Source of the DNA: Lepidodermella squamata
Lineage: Eukaryota; Animalia; Gastrotricha
NCBI GenBank assembly: GCA_047495785.1
Contig: JBLDXI010000032.1
Coordinates: 2,852,001-2,916,000 of the forward strand
DNA: 64,000 nt
Reading direction: 5' to 3'
Position numbers and translations under genes: made by a program. Shown piece after piece: positions 11,522 through 23,556 of the stretch (its first letter is position 1; every line of letters starts with the position of its first letter). Below the pieces are notes generated by a model, which searched no databases, was not told where the DNA came from, and was given only the letters and a program-made list of their open reading frames with translations.

Positions 11522-13401
11522 TCAACGCCTGTCATTGTTATCGAGTGCAGCTATAGTTTTGTTCGTCCAGATCGACGAAGATTCTTGGTTAAATAAAATC
11601 GAAATTTTAGCTAAGATTTAAATCAACTATTGACCATTTTTACTGACCTGGAGCGCAAGCCCACGTGCAAACAGGTGCGCATTTGTTAACAATAGGTGTC
11701 GTCGTCCTGGTTACGCTCGTAATCTTAACCGTCGGCCGAGTGGTCACTGCAACAGTTTGTGTTGATAGCGAAACTAAATTTCCTGCTTCGCCCGAAGGCT
11801 GAGTGCTTCCCCCAGCAACAGGCTGGGCTCGTGGGCCTGTGCTACCCGTCCGCCGAGTGGTAACTGCAACAGTCGTCGGTGCTGTTGTAAGTACTTCATC
11901 AGTTTTGTTTTGCAAGACGTTCAACACCGATCGGATATCCGGGCGACGGTCCATGCAAACGCGGAAGTCGTACGGATCTGCATTAGGGTGACGGGCGCCT
12001 GATGCTCCCAGCACGATGTTCTGCTTACCACAGTCCTCACTACGGCACAATACTTTGGTCTTGGCCCCATTCTTCAACAAAGCATTCATTAATTCGGCGA
12101 TAGTTTTTACAGGGCATTGCGACAGAGACAACGTGTTGGCCATTCGCATGACCAAGCATAGATCGCTGGTGTAATTGGCATCGTTGACAACAGCCCCTCG
12201 TTTGATGAGAAGTTCCACCATTTTCAGTGTGTTAGGACCGCATTTCATCTCGCCATCGCCGTTGATCGCGGCAGAGATGGGTTGAATGTTGCACGTTTTA
12301 GTCGTAGCTTCACGTTGTTTCGGGCAGGCTACGGAAACGTTGTTACGGATGAGGTATTCAACTTTTCCTAGCAAGCCAAGTGCTGCTGCGGCCTCTAACG
12401 GTGATGTGCCACTGTTGTCTTCCGCGTCGAGATTAGCCCCGGCTTTGATCAGTCTGTTATCACGTTTTTAACTTGAAATAACTTCATTTGATTTAATTGT
12501 TGTTTTACCTGTTCATGGCTGGAATGGTTCCCAAGTTCGTTCGTACCGCCACATGCATCGGAGTCTGGCCAACGGAATTTCTAACATTCGGATCCATCTT
12601 CATGATCTGCAGCAAATCCCCGACCATGCCGTCGAAGTTGTTCCGCGCCGCGTAGTGCAGCGCTGTATTGCCTCCCTTATCTGTCGCTTTCACATTTGCA
12701 CTGTACATATTCAGTAGCTGCGCGATTTTTCTTCGATTATTGATTGCGGCTAAGAGGAATGACGTGCGTCCGTAATGGTCCTTCTCCTCAATATCAGCGC
12801 CTCTGTCCAAGAGATGTTTCACAACGGAAAACTTTCCCAGCTCAACCGCGTAGTGAATGGGTGCAAATTCTTCGGGGGTCGAGTCGTTCCAATCAATTAT
12901 AATCTTCATAACTTCTTCTCGCAGCAGCAATTTGACGACATTGATGCTCGAATTGCCATAGATAACCGCGATGTGTAAAATATTTCTGAGCCGGCTGTCC
13001 ACCTGTCTGTACGTGGCGTTCAATACGCCTCTTTCTATGAAAAATTTGACGACGTTATACGATTGACTTCGAACAGCGATGCGAAAAGCAGTGTCTCCAT
13101 TTTGATCTCGCTTGTTCTCCATACTAGGATCTTGTTCAAGGGTAGCATTTACGGCTACAACGTCATCACGAGCCGCTGCTTCGTGCAGATTGCCGATTAG
13201 GGCGGCTGTTATGTTGTAGTCGACTTCGTATTCGTCATAGTTGGGTATGACGGTGGGATCTAAAGAAGTTTGCGATGTAGTTGTTGTTACTGTGGTTGCA
13301 ACGGTAGTCGAATCATCGTCATAATAATTGTAGTCGTCTCCATCTGCTCGCATCGGAGCCACCACCAGGCAAATTTGGAAGAGAAGTTGAACGATTCTCA
13401 T
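11522..13401 (-). CDS. Secreted ankyrin-repeat protein type A, copy 2 (3 exons, intact)
   Basis: MRIVQLLFQICLVVAPMRA signal, acidic/Thr-rich linker, ankyrin repeats, intron ~12453-12507, Cys-rich domain with GARHPNADPYDFRVCMDRRPDIR, Thr-rich stalk, CAPVCTWACAP, intron ~11585-11647, last exon ESSSIWTNKTIAALDNNDRR*. Confidence 0.88.
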
Positions 13402-13785
13402 TTCAAATCGCACTAAAACACGGGCAAAAGACTCAATGAAGCAATAAAAATGAAGTTCAAGCTACACTCTATCTCGTGGTTATTTTTTGGTTACGAGATG
13501 GCGATGATGAAGTTAAAATTTTGGTGCCTGTTTTCGTGATTGCCATGCATTCTTTTCAATATCAAGCTGCAATCTAATCAAGTTGTAAATACCTTGAAAG
13601 ATTGCACGAAACCCTACAAGCACGCATTAAAATTCGTGTCACCAGCAATTAACCATCTCGCTGCATTAATTACTCTGCATTCCTTGGCCTCCAGTACAAG
13701 ATTTCGCCTGTTTTTTCTTGAAATAAACACAACAAATAGGCCATCACAATTTCAAGCGTTTTTGAAATTTCATTCAAGTTTCAAA
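13402..13785. promoter_or_regulatory. Putative bidirectional promoter between ankyrin genes A2 and B2
   Basis: Homologous to 1803-2205; lies between divergent ATGs. Confidence 0.55.
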
Positions 13786-15495
13786 ATGTTATCTCGATTG
13801 TTCTTGTTGTCAGCAGTGGTTATCATTTATTCGGCCGCCGATGAGTACGAGACAGATTTCGGGCGATCCATGTCGTTGGTCGCGCAGTTACACGAGGCAG
13901 CGGCGAAAAATGACGTAGCAGCAGTGCGGTTCGCATTGGCCCAAGACCCGCTCGTCATAAACACGCGCGATAGTAACAGCGAAACCGCTCTTCAAATCGC
14001 CGTTCGGACGAACTCCATCGACGTAGTTTGGCTGCTTATGAATAAGAATTCGCTTGATGCAACAGATCATCGAACGGTGTCTGGGGCGACCCTGCTCCAC
14101 GTGGCAGTTCGAAACGGTAACTTGTCTTTGGTAAACTTAATCACGCGTGAACGGTCTGGCCAGGGGTGGATTAACACCGCCGATCCAACAAATGGATCCC
14201 AGCCACTCCATGACGCTGCAAAGCTGGGCAAGCTCGCCATTGTAAAAAGTCTCTTGGAGAAAGGCGCTCCACTCGAAGCAACGGATTCAAGCGGCCGTAC
14301 TCCGTTATTGGTCGCTGTTTATGAGAACCAACAGAGCGTGGTCGCTACCTTACTGGCCTACTACAACGCCAACATTAAAGCAACTGACAACAGAGGTTTA
14401 ACTGTAGTCCACATCGCTGCTGAAAGGAATTACGTCGACCTGTTGAAACTACTGCTGAAGGACAGCCGCGTCTCAGCGCGGATTAAATCGAGAAATAACT
14501 CTCGAGAACCGCTTCATACAGCTGTTGAGTCGGATTACGGCAACCTTGAAGCAATGCAAGTCCTTGTTGACAATGGCGCTAATGTCAGAGCGATTGATTC
14601 TTTCCAAGATACGCCGCTATCTATCGCAGCTGGGAAAGGGAAACTGTCAAAAATTGAATTCCTCACTCGGAACAAAGCGTCTGTTAACTGCCCACCTAAT
14701 CTGCAATGTGGAAACGACCCCCTTAGCGCTGCTATCCTGCAACAGAGTGATGCAACAGGTTGTAGCGAGCTGATGATCGATACGGTTGAGTTGCTTCTCA
14801 GCCGGGGGGTCGGCGTGAAACAGGCGAATTTCAACAGCCACATCTGTGAGGTCATGCGAATTGCGTCTAATAATGACAACGGCCGGTGTCCGATTATTTG
14901 GGTCGCGCAGTTAATTTACGCGTTCACTAGCCGCGGGGCGAAAACAGCGGTCATGTGCAGCTATCGAGACTGCGGAGACAAGCCTATTGCAACGAGTCGA
15001 ACTGGAGCTAGGCATCCGAAAGTTGATCCATACGATTTCCGAGTTTGTTTAGATCGCCGGCCTGATATTCGAGCAGCTCTTAAATACTTAGTTAATATTA
15101 CGAGTGACATGGAAGCTATTCAAGGAAACGGAACAGCGACATGGAAAAATAGCAAAACGATGGGTATGTTTGGAACTAATCGCCTTCAGAAGTTGAAAAC
15201 AATTTTCATTGTTCCTCAGCTCTTCAAAATATGAAGTGTGCACCGATATGTTCTTACACCTGCGCACCAGGTGAGTGCGGTGACCTAGTTTCAGACATTG
15301 CTTTATTTCTAATTTCTCGCAGAAAATTCTCCATTCTGGAGGAATGCTAAGCTTGACGGCGTCGACGATGATTTGATTGAAGTTCAAGTGCCACTACCAG
15401 TTCGTGCTCCATCTACATCATCTACAACAACCCGCCGGTCAAGTTTCTCCGGCTCTGGCTCTCGCCGCCTATCTAGCAGCGGCGCTCGCAAGTAA
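13786..15495 (+). CDS. Secreted ankyrin-repeat protein type B, copy 2 (3 exons, intact)
   Basis: ATG at 13786 (caaaATG) gives MLSRLFLLSAVVIIYSAA. Close paralog of 2206-3916 with the same introns. TAA at 15493-15495. Confidence 0.88.
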
Positions 15496-15878
15496 CGACG
15501 CGTCACCCATCAATGGATCAGACGGAAAAATTGATATACCTTGTGCAGAAACATTTTATTCTAATTTTCAGCATTTAATTTCCGAAAAAAACAGATAGAA
15601 ATGTTGGGAATTTAATCTTTCGCCGGTTTTTTTTAAGATTGAGGAGTTCTCACTTGTTATTATTGTGGCGCGACCTTCTGTCGAAAATGAGTTCAGATAA
15701 GCATAACTTATTTAAAAAAAAATTCAGTATCGGCTGTTTATTTCAGGGGCATTTTATCACACCTTCATCACGCCATGCACCGGCAGCTTGCAATAAAGCA
15801 ATGTTTTGCGACAAATCGCCAATCACCGCGTAAACACTCTGGTCATGAGACATTCCTAGCCTATTCAACCTGTAAATC

Positions 15879-16963
15879 ATGGGAAATCGAACTGCATTTT
15901 TCTACAAATATGGCGAAAATCAATGCCTAGCCTGCGATCTGCGACAATTTCTTGCCACATTTTACCATCCTTTAATTTCGGTTATCGGCTTCATTTTAAG
16001 CGTCACGTCATTTATAGCCTTAAGAAAATCTACCTGGAAATCGCAGACCAATGAAGTTCACCGAGTTTACGCCGAACCAGCTCATATTCTGCTAAGAGCT
16101 GTTTGCGTCAATGCAATAATATTTTTTGCCACCATTTTCCCGCATTCAATTTACATGTGCTCACCCGAGCAATTCAGCTCACTTTGCGGCCCGACGAGCG
16201 GCGCCTTCGGTTACGCCCTAGTTCACCTTGTCTACTCGGTGTCAGTCGTGCTGAATGACATTTCACATTGGTCGAATTTCATTCTTATCGCCTGTTACGG
16301 CGTCGAGCGATTTTTCATGCTGACAAATCGATATTTTTCGCATCAAAAAGCGATTTATTGCACGTTTTTCGCCCTGTTTTTCGGCATGTGTAAGCGGTTT
16401 GTCATTGATAACAAGTTGAAACTAGTTGAAAAGCCGGATCATGTTTGGATCGTGGAAAAATCGGGGAAATATTCAGCCTTCAACATAGCAGCTCAAGGCT
16501 TATACGATGTTAGTTCCTTATCTTATTTTCCAAATTTTTTAATAAATTTCGCCATCAGGTTTTGATTCTATTTTTTGCTGGTATCGCTTTTTCCTGCTAT
16601 TGCTTCATTCTTCGGTGGATTCTTTTCAAAGCTCCCGTGTTAAAAAGGCGAACTTCGACATCGAATAATGGGTTTGTTCGGTCAAGCGTGACGCATACGC
16701 AATATCGCCTTACTCGAATTTACGTGACAACGGCCGGTTTTTACCTATTTCATCTCGCCTATGCAACTAGCTATTACCTGGTGATGCTGAACTTCACTTC
16801 TTCGGATAGAAATTTCGAATGTAACTTGTCAGAAACTCTCAGTGAAATTGACGACTGCTTTCTAGAATTTTCTGAATTTCTCGCAATAGTCATGAGCTTT
16901 CTTCTTCACAACTGCTATAGAAAAAATTCGCATACAATTCGAAGGCAAATTGAATTTATCTAA
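15879..16963 (+). CDS. Divergent rhodopsin-like 7TM receptor (chemoreceptor/peptide receptor-like), 2 exons
   Basis: Two ORFs joined by a ~50-nt GT-AG intron (~16509-16558). About seven hydrophobic segments; YGVERF at the DRY position. AATAAA after the stop. Confidence 0.7.
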
Positions 16964-17007
16964 CATAGCTATAGTTAGAATTCTTCACAAAATAAATATG
17001 TTGAGAT

Positions 17008-17865
17008 TTATTTCCGTTTGATGGATATATCGGCATTGAGATTCGCAGCTTGCTTTGGCTTGAGGAAAACCATTGGCAGAAGCCGGAATGCTTCGCGGGT
17101 TGAAGGTTCAACTTTCGGAAATTCGATCTAAATATTGAACTTCGTAAAATTTTCGATTTTTAAACTAACTATCAAACTTTTGAGATGGAAAAACGGTGTT
17201 GAAAATTCGCAGCATTGACTATTGTAGCTTTCCAATTTTCGACACGTTCCGGGCCATGAAAATCGATGCCAGTTACCGTTTCATCCTGAGCGACGCCGAA
17301 CACAACAGCGCCGCCGTTGCTGCTTAGATACGTACATGCCTTGAGGAAAGAAATTTTAATGGTATCCTCAGTGAGATGGCGCCTATCATCGGCACTGGTC
17401 ATGGCTATGTGCCAACGTAAATAATTGAGATTGATGCCGATGTGGTGGGAGAAGAACGGCCAGCCGGTGACGAATCGGGCCGGCGGTTGGTAGACGTCTT
17501 CGAAGGAGAACCTTTTACTCTCAGACACATTCGACGTCGCAGTCCAATCCATTTTTTTCTAGAAATTGATGCTAAAAAATGTGACAGTGTAGAATGCAAT
17601 TCTTTTGAAAAAATTGCACCTATGCGAGTACACTCGGTTTTTTCTTTCTTGAACTGGTTTTAGATTGTTATTGATGAATGGCTGATCGCGGGGGCTATTC
17701 AGCTTGGTTTTGAAAGGCAACATTGTACCCATTTCACGATATTCTGAATACTGTGGGATCTTATAACGATAAAGCATAACAAGGTTGTAGTAATTAATTA
17801 CCATTCAGATGATATTGATGCGCGAAACTAGAAAATACTTTAATCGAGTAAGGATCCTGTTCCAT
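17008..17865 (-). CDS. Schlafen/AlbA_2-like domain protein (~215 aa, 4 exons)
   Basis: KACTYLSSNGGAVVFGVAQDETVTGI resembles the AlbA_2 core (AFxNxxGGxhhhGVxDxxxhxG). Phase-0 GT-AG introns join MEQDPYSIK / IPQY..KNR / KKMDW..ISK / IEFP..KRK*. Confidence 0.65.
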
Positions 17866-20097
17866 ACTCTTACTTGACCCTTTCATTCGGGTCAAAAACT
17901 GTGATATGCGCTCATTTGATCGCGAAGGACGAGATAAGCAAATTATAATAATATAAAAATATAATAAAAAATGAAAAAATCCCCCTTAAAAATATATTTT
18001 CCCTGAACCCTGAACTTTCCGAATCAGAATTCATTCGAATTTTGCTGAACTTCCGCATTTTTTTGCGAACAACGACAAGTCGTGTTTTTAAATCCGCTTG
18101 GCAACACTTATTATCAAAATTCTCATTTAATTAAAATTCTGTGTTCTTTTGCTCACCCGTTCGAATTCCAAATCATTACCTAACTAGAAAATTTCTCAAA
18201 TTTTCCCAACCTTCGAGCTTTCCGTTTTTGAATTCTGATATTGCGCCTGGTTCTCTCGTCTTCATGGAACTATAAAAGATGAAACAATGCTAGATTTCCG
18301 ATTTCCGATTTGGCTGTACCAAGGCCTAATTGTGCTTGTAACTTGTAATTAATCACCAAAAAGTCGAAATTGGGGCTAAGACGACACTTTATTCACATCA
18401 CACAGGTGGGTTAGGACAGGGTGAGCTATAATATTTGCACTCGAAATTTGCAGAGTGAAAAAGGACGACTTTTTTCTGCAATTACAACACAGCACACATC
18501 AAATCAGGAAATCAAACAAGGTAAAAGAAAAAACATGGTCTCAGGGACGGATGCCGACAAACAAGTGCTAAACATCGAATGAGCTGTCAGATTCTTGAGC
18601 GATCGATGACCGTTTTGTATTGATGCTCTCGGTTGACGGTTGAGCGTTTCCAAGTCATGTTACATCACAATTTGACTGCTGCTGCTGATACCAAACTTTG
18701 TTTACCAGGCGAGAAAGGACGAACATCACGATTGAGCAATGCGGAATGGTCGGGCGAGGGTCGGACTGGGATGGATGTCAGGTTGGCGCCGCGTGTGACT
18801 AGCATAGATTCAGCGGGTCTCAGGGTCGGGGTCGGGATTGAGCACACCAGGTTCCAGGGCGGGGACAGGACAAAACACACGGACAGGTGTTATTAGCAGT
18901 TGTTCGACGAAGCAGTTAATCGAAGGCGCGTTGTCTCGGGGGTAGTGCGGCTTAGCTATATACGATATTGCACATTGCTGGCTCGGTTTCGATTCACAAC
19001 ATCATGTGAAACAGCGGTAGTGCTGGGTTTATAGTATAGTAAGTAGTACTACAGGGTAACTAAAGGTGAGGAGCGCCTTAGGATTTCCGTGAAATATCGG
19101 CGCGTATTTATAGGCCGATCGCGCGCGTGCTGTTTTGACGACGCCATAGAGATGCTAAGAACTCGCGTGACTCAGCACACGCGGCCTATGAATGGCGATA
19201 AAAACGGTTTATTTACGCTAAGAAACGTGGCGGTGATTAACCTATTGAGAGGTATGAATAAGGCGCGACGAGATCAGACCTGATGTAGCTATTTCGACCG
19301 GTTATCGGTGTCTTGAACACACGTGCTGTCTAGACTCTAGACGGATGTTACCATTGAAATTTGAGGTTTTAAATATGTCCTTCATTTCTTCAAGAAATCA
19401 CCAAAAAATCGACGGTAAAAATTATCATCGCTGCTTGGCTAGAAAAAGTGGAAAGAGGATCGTAAACACAAATGTTGCGGTTTCTAGCAGGAACGCTATT
19501 TCTTGGCAAATCTTGATGAAGGCAAAAGCATGTGTTGGATGCAGTACCTTGTAATAAACCATCGGGAAACAGTATTGCCGAATAATAGCGACGATATTAT
19601 ACCTAAATTTTGCTTTGCGCCAGAGGTCAAGCGTATTTTCCTATTTTTTCGTGACCTATTTTTAATTCAATGAGGTCCCGTCAAGTGTGAGAGGACGTTA
19701 TTTCTGACGCGTTCAAGGTGATTTTCATTTTTTTACACCCTGAAGCAAGATGAATAAAAACATCACGTACAATGTCTTTGTACATATATAATGCAATCGC
19801 CAAGAAGGGAGAAGCGACGCGTGCCTGGCTCCGGTTGGCCGCGTTCATGTGATCGCGTGGTTTGTTGCCTCACACATAGGTCGCGCGGGACTGGAACGGA
19901 ATGAGGGTACAGAATTGAATTTTTTCAGGACTTGAAAATTTTAATTTAATTTTGTCGATTCATCTTATTTTTTTGCATTGGTGGCTGGGAAATCTTTTTT
20001 ATATTCAAGAAAAATTGATAATATCCTGTGGGATAGCTGGAAAAGTTTCCGAATTTCGTACCTATCATCTATTACTAGTCGATAGGCTAATTACATC

Positions 20098-23000
20098 ATG
20101 ATATTGAAAAACAATGCAATTTACGGGCTGATAATTTTTTGCGGATTCATTCTAACAACTTTGGGCTGTAATACTCCATCTTATTGGTTTTGGGGCCCGA
20201 ATACAAAATGGCCGGCCGAGGGCGTTAAATATCGATTTGAAGGTATTTCATATTTTATCGTATCTGCTTTTGGCATCCAAGTATTTTTTAGCTAATATAA
20301 ATGAAACGGAGAAGCAGCTGATTCGCGACGGAATTTCCATGTGGACATCAGTGACTTGCATCCTATTCACCCAGAGAGACGACCTTCCTAGCAATGAAAA
20401 TGGCGTCATTTTCAATAAAACAGATGCCGGGTTAGTTTTTCAGCTTTTTTGAGAAAGGCGGAAGTGTGAATTTTGTATATTCCTTAAAATTATCGAAATG
20501 ACAATGAAAGGAAGAAACAGTACTCAGATTTTCAGGTTTTTTTGTGATTTTGAACATTTTGAACCTTTAAAATTGAGTTCCCCAAATAGTAAAACTCTAT
20601 TAATTCTCCTTTCACCAGAGAATGCATCTCGGACTATGGCATGTATGGTGCTACTCCTCAGCAAGTTTTGCTTACCCCGGCTTGCTTGAAAGTAACTTCA
20701 CCCAGCCCTTGGTTTTCACTTTCCCTAATCAATTTTTGCTACAGAGTCCTGGTGAAATCGCTCATGAAATCGGCCATATTCTTGGATATGTAAGCAATTT
20801 GTGAATGTCATAGGAATTGATTGCCAAAGCTAATGATACCTTAAATAGACTGATGAACATCGAATGCAAACTCGCGATAATGGTGTCAAAATTAATTTAA
20901 CAAATGTTAAGCCGTAAGTTTTTTTAAAACGAATTTCAGTGGCTTAAGGGAAAACCTGGATTTTCAAGAAAAAATATTCCAGAAATTCGAAAAAATTCCA
21001 AGTTTTTGAACCAAAATTCCTTTATAATTAACTTTAATTTAATTTTAAATATGTTTAAGATCCGACTATTATTTATTTGAAAAATCGCCGCAACTTGTCA
21101 ACAATGATCAGAAGTCTACCCTGTACGACTACTGGTCTATAATGCAACAAAAACCAACGTATAAAAGCATTGATGGGAAGTCGCTCACGATTGTTCCTAA
21201 CGACTTGTCCTACTTGTCTGTTATGGGCCAGCGAAACAGAATTTCCTACGACGAAGGTCTACTTATGTCGATATTGAGCGATTGCTCCGGTTAAACACCA
21301 ATTTTACAAATTCTGCGATACAATTAATTTTCCTTTTCAAGCATCCGGCACTAACTGCAACGGCCATGGCTATGCTAAGGGGTTGGATTGTGTGTGCGAA
21401 CCCGGATACGACACAACGACCAATTGTTTAACCCTGGTTTCCAACGACAACCAGATTTGCGGACCGGGTTCAAATGAAATTACCATGGCCGGATGCGAAA
21501 CCGGCTCCATCGATTTGCCGTCGGGGAACCCGCCAAAAGGGTCTTCATGTGCTTGGAAAATAACTACGGTGATATAATAATGATGAATTATCTTCGAATT
21601 ATCTTTAAAATTGAAATTTTTCTCTTCTTGAAGACCGGTTCTGGTCTTGCTTTTGGTTTCGAGTCAAAGCCATTGAGAAGCAGCCGAAACTGCTCGATAT
21701 CCGGTAAGTTGTTCAATGTTCACTGGGTGGTTATTTTTTAATTTAATTCCTAATTTTAGGGCTAATTTGCGACGATTACGTTCAAATTTATGATTCTAGC
21801 CACTTGAAAACTCTACGGTATCAGCTGAAATGTGTTTGCAGTTACTGAAGTTAATTTCTTTTTATTCAGCTTCTGCACGTGCGGTATCAGTTCTGGGCGA
21901 GTTTATACAACGACTTCAACCACAATATTTGTCAACTTTTACAAGAGCACAGACGAGAGTTTCTCTCCGTCTCGGCTTAGTTTTTACTCCTCCTGTAATG
22001 GGGTTCCGGCCAGCAGGCTGACTCGTGAATGCCGAATTACTGAGACTGGTTACGACTATGAAGGACGGCTAATTGGTTATGCTGCTAACGGGCGGAAATG
22101 TGGCAAATGGCCCTTCCCCAAACCAGGTAACACTGAGTTCGACTTTCCAAAGGCGATTGTGCCTGCATTCAGCGTTTGCCGAAATCCAACATCGCAACCT
22201 AAGGCGTATTGCTACGAACAACGTTCGAAAGCCGCATCTCCTTGTCATATCAGAAAATGCGGTGAGCTTTCATGTTAAAATCCGGAAAAATTTTTAATTT
22301 TTAATTTTTACAGAACCCTACGTTCGGTGTGTCACAAGCGATAAGAGAAAATTCGCGGGTTGCCGTCCATTGTCCACTGGTTGCCAAGTTGGCGATACGC
22401 GGGTAATTAAGCTCATTCTGGACAACTATAATATAATATAGAACCTTCCACCCATCAGCTTGTTCCATTCGATGCCAGTAAGTCTCCGTCCGAACTCGTC
22501 TACATCGATCACATGGCATGTAGATACGGAGTAGGTCATTTTTATGAACTTATTCAATTTAATTTCCTTAAATGCTGAATTATTTTCAGAGAGCAAGATG
22601 CTGCTTCTCACTGCAGGGTGGAACTTACCAAGTTAGCTCCGGAGCCGCGAAATGTGGAAGCAATCAATTCCAAGTATTATAATTCAATTATTTCTAGGAT
22701 GGCGACTAAACAATCGTTTTAGCTTGCCATTTTCGATAAACTCTACCCGGTGAAATTCCGTGAGAATTACGACGAAGCTGCTGAAAAATGCAACAGCAAC
22801 GTAAGTAGGACTGAATTGGGAGATATTTTTAATTTATTTTGTGAGCAGACAAGCGTGAAACGGTGTTCAGATAACAATGGCGCTATCGTCACTTGTGTTG
22901 GCGTCCAACAACAGTGTCCCAACGGGCTAACGGCTGGTTCGACATCTTATTCGTCTTTCGCAAACTGTAAACTTGGGGTAAGATCAAAAACTCGTTAGAT

Positions 23001-23556
23001 GCACTTCAATACTTCACCCTTTGTTGACGTTTGCCAGGACACTTTCAGATATTGTTCTAAAAAGGATTCCTCGATAGCCCGTTGCATTGACGCCCGACAG
23101 CAATGCGACTCTCAAACCGAGGATGATGTAAGAAATTTGGCCTGAAATGAGCCATTTTTCAATTATTTTTGTTTCCAGTCTTTTCCTGTTTTCGATCAAT
23201 CGACCGATTTCTCCGTCAATTTGGCGCAGTGCCTCGAAGCCGGCTATGCTGTATGTTACGACAAATCGGATGGAATGTCGAAGGGCTGTTACAAGGCGTC
23301 GACTTGTGTCGGCAATTTGCAGCTAGACGTCGCTCGGCTCTACGGCAGCCAAGACGCCTGTGAGAACCAGCTTCCAAACCTGCAATCTGCCTCCTTTGAT
23401 GATCCCATCTCGCAGCAGGTCGATAAACTGCTTGAGGAGCATAAAGACAAGCTGTTGGGGCTGAATGGTGCTCAGAAGGAATTTGCCAGGTACGTTGCTA
23501 CGCGCTACGTCAAGGCGCGGCAGCCTCAAGTCATCGAAACGACCCCTTATCCGTAG
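20098..23556 (+). CDS. Astacin-like metalloprotease with EGF, CUB, kringle and Cys-rich domains, copy A1 (~17 exons)
   Basis: Signal peptide, KWP..VKYRF, HEIGHILGY|TDEHRMQTRD, YDYWSIMQQ, MGQRNRIS, EGF (CVCEPGY), CUB (CAWKI, CDDYVQIYD), kringle (GYDYEG..NGRKCGKW..VCRNP..KAYCY), Cys-rich region and a helical tail. Confidence 0.85.

Noticed and set aside
13540-13785. N-terminal extension of the 564-aa ORF
   Set aside because: Non-ATG start in the promoter region, not open in copy 1; the signal peptide begins at 13786.
18340-19010. Possible solo LTR or retroelement 3' end on the minus strand
   Set aside because: No TSD, second copy or coding motif to support it.
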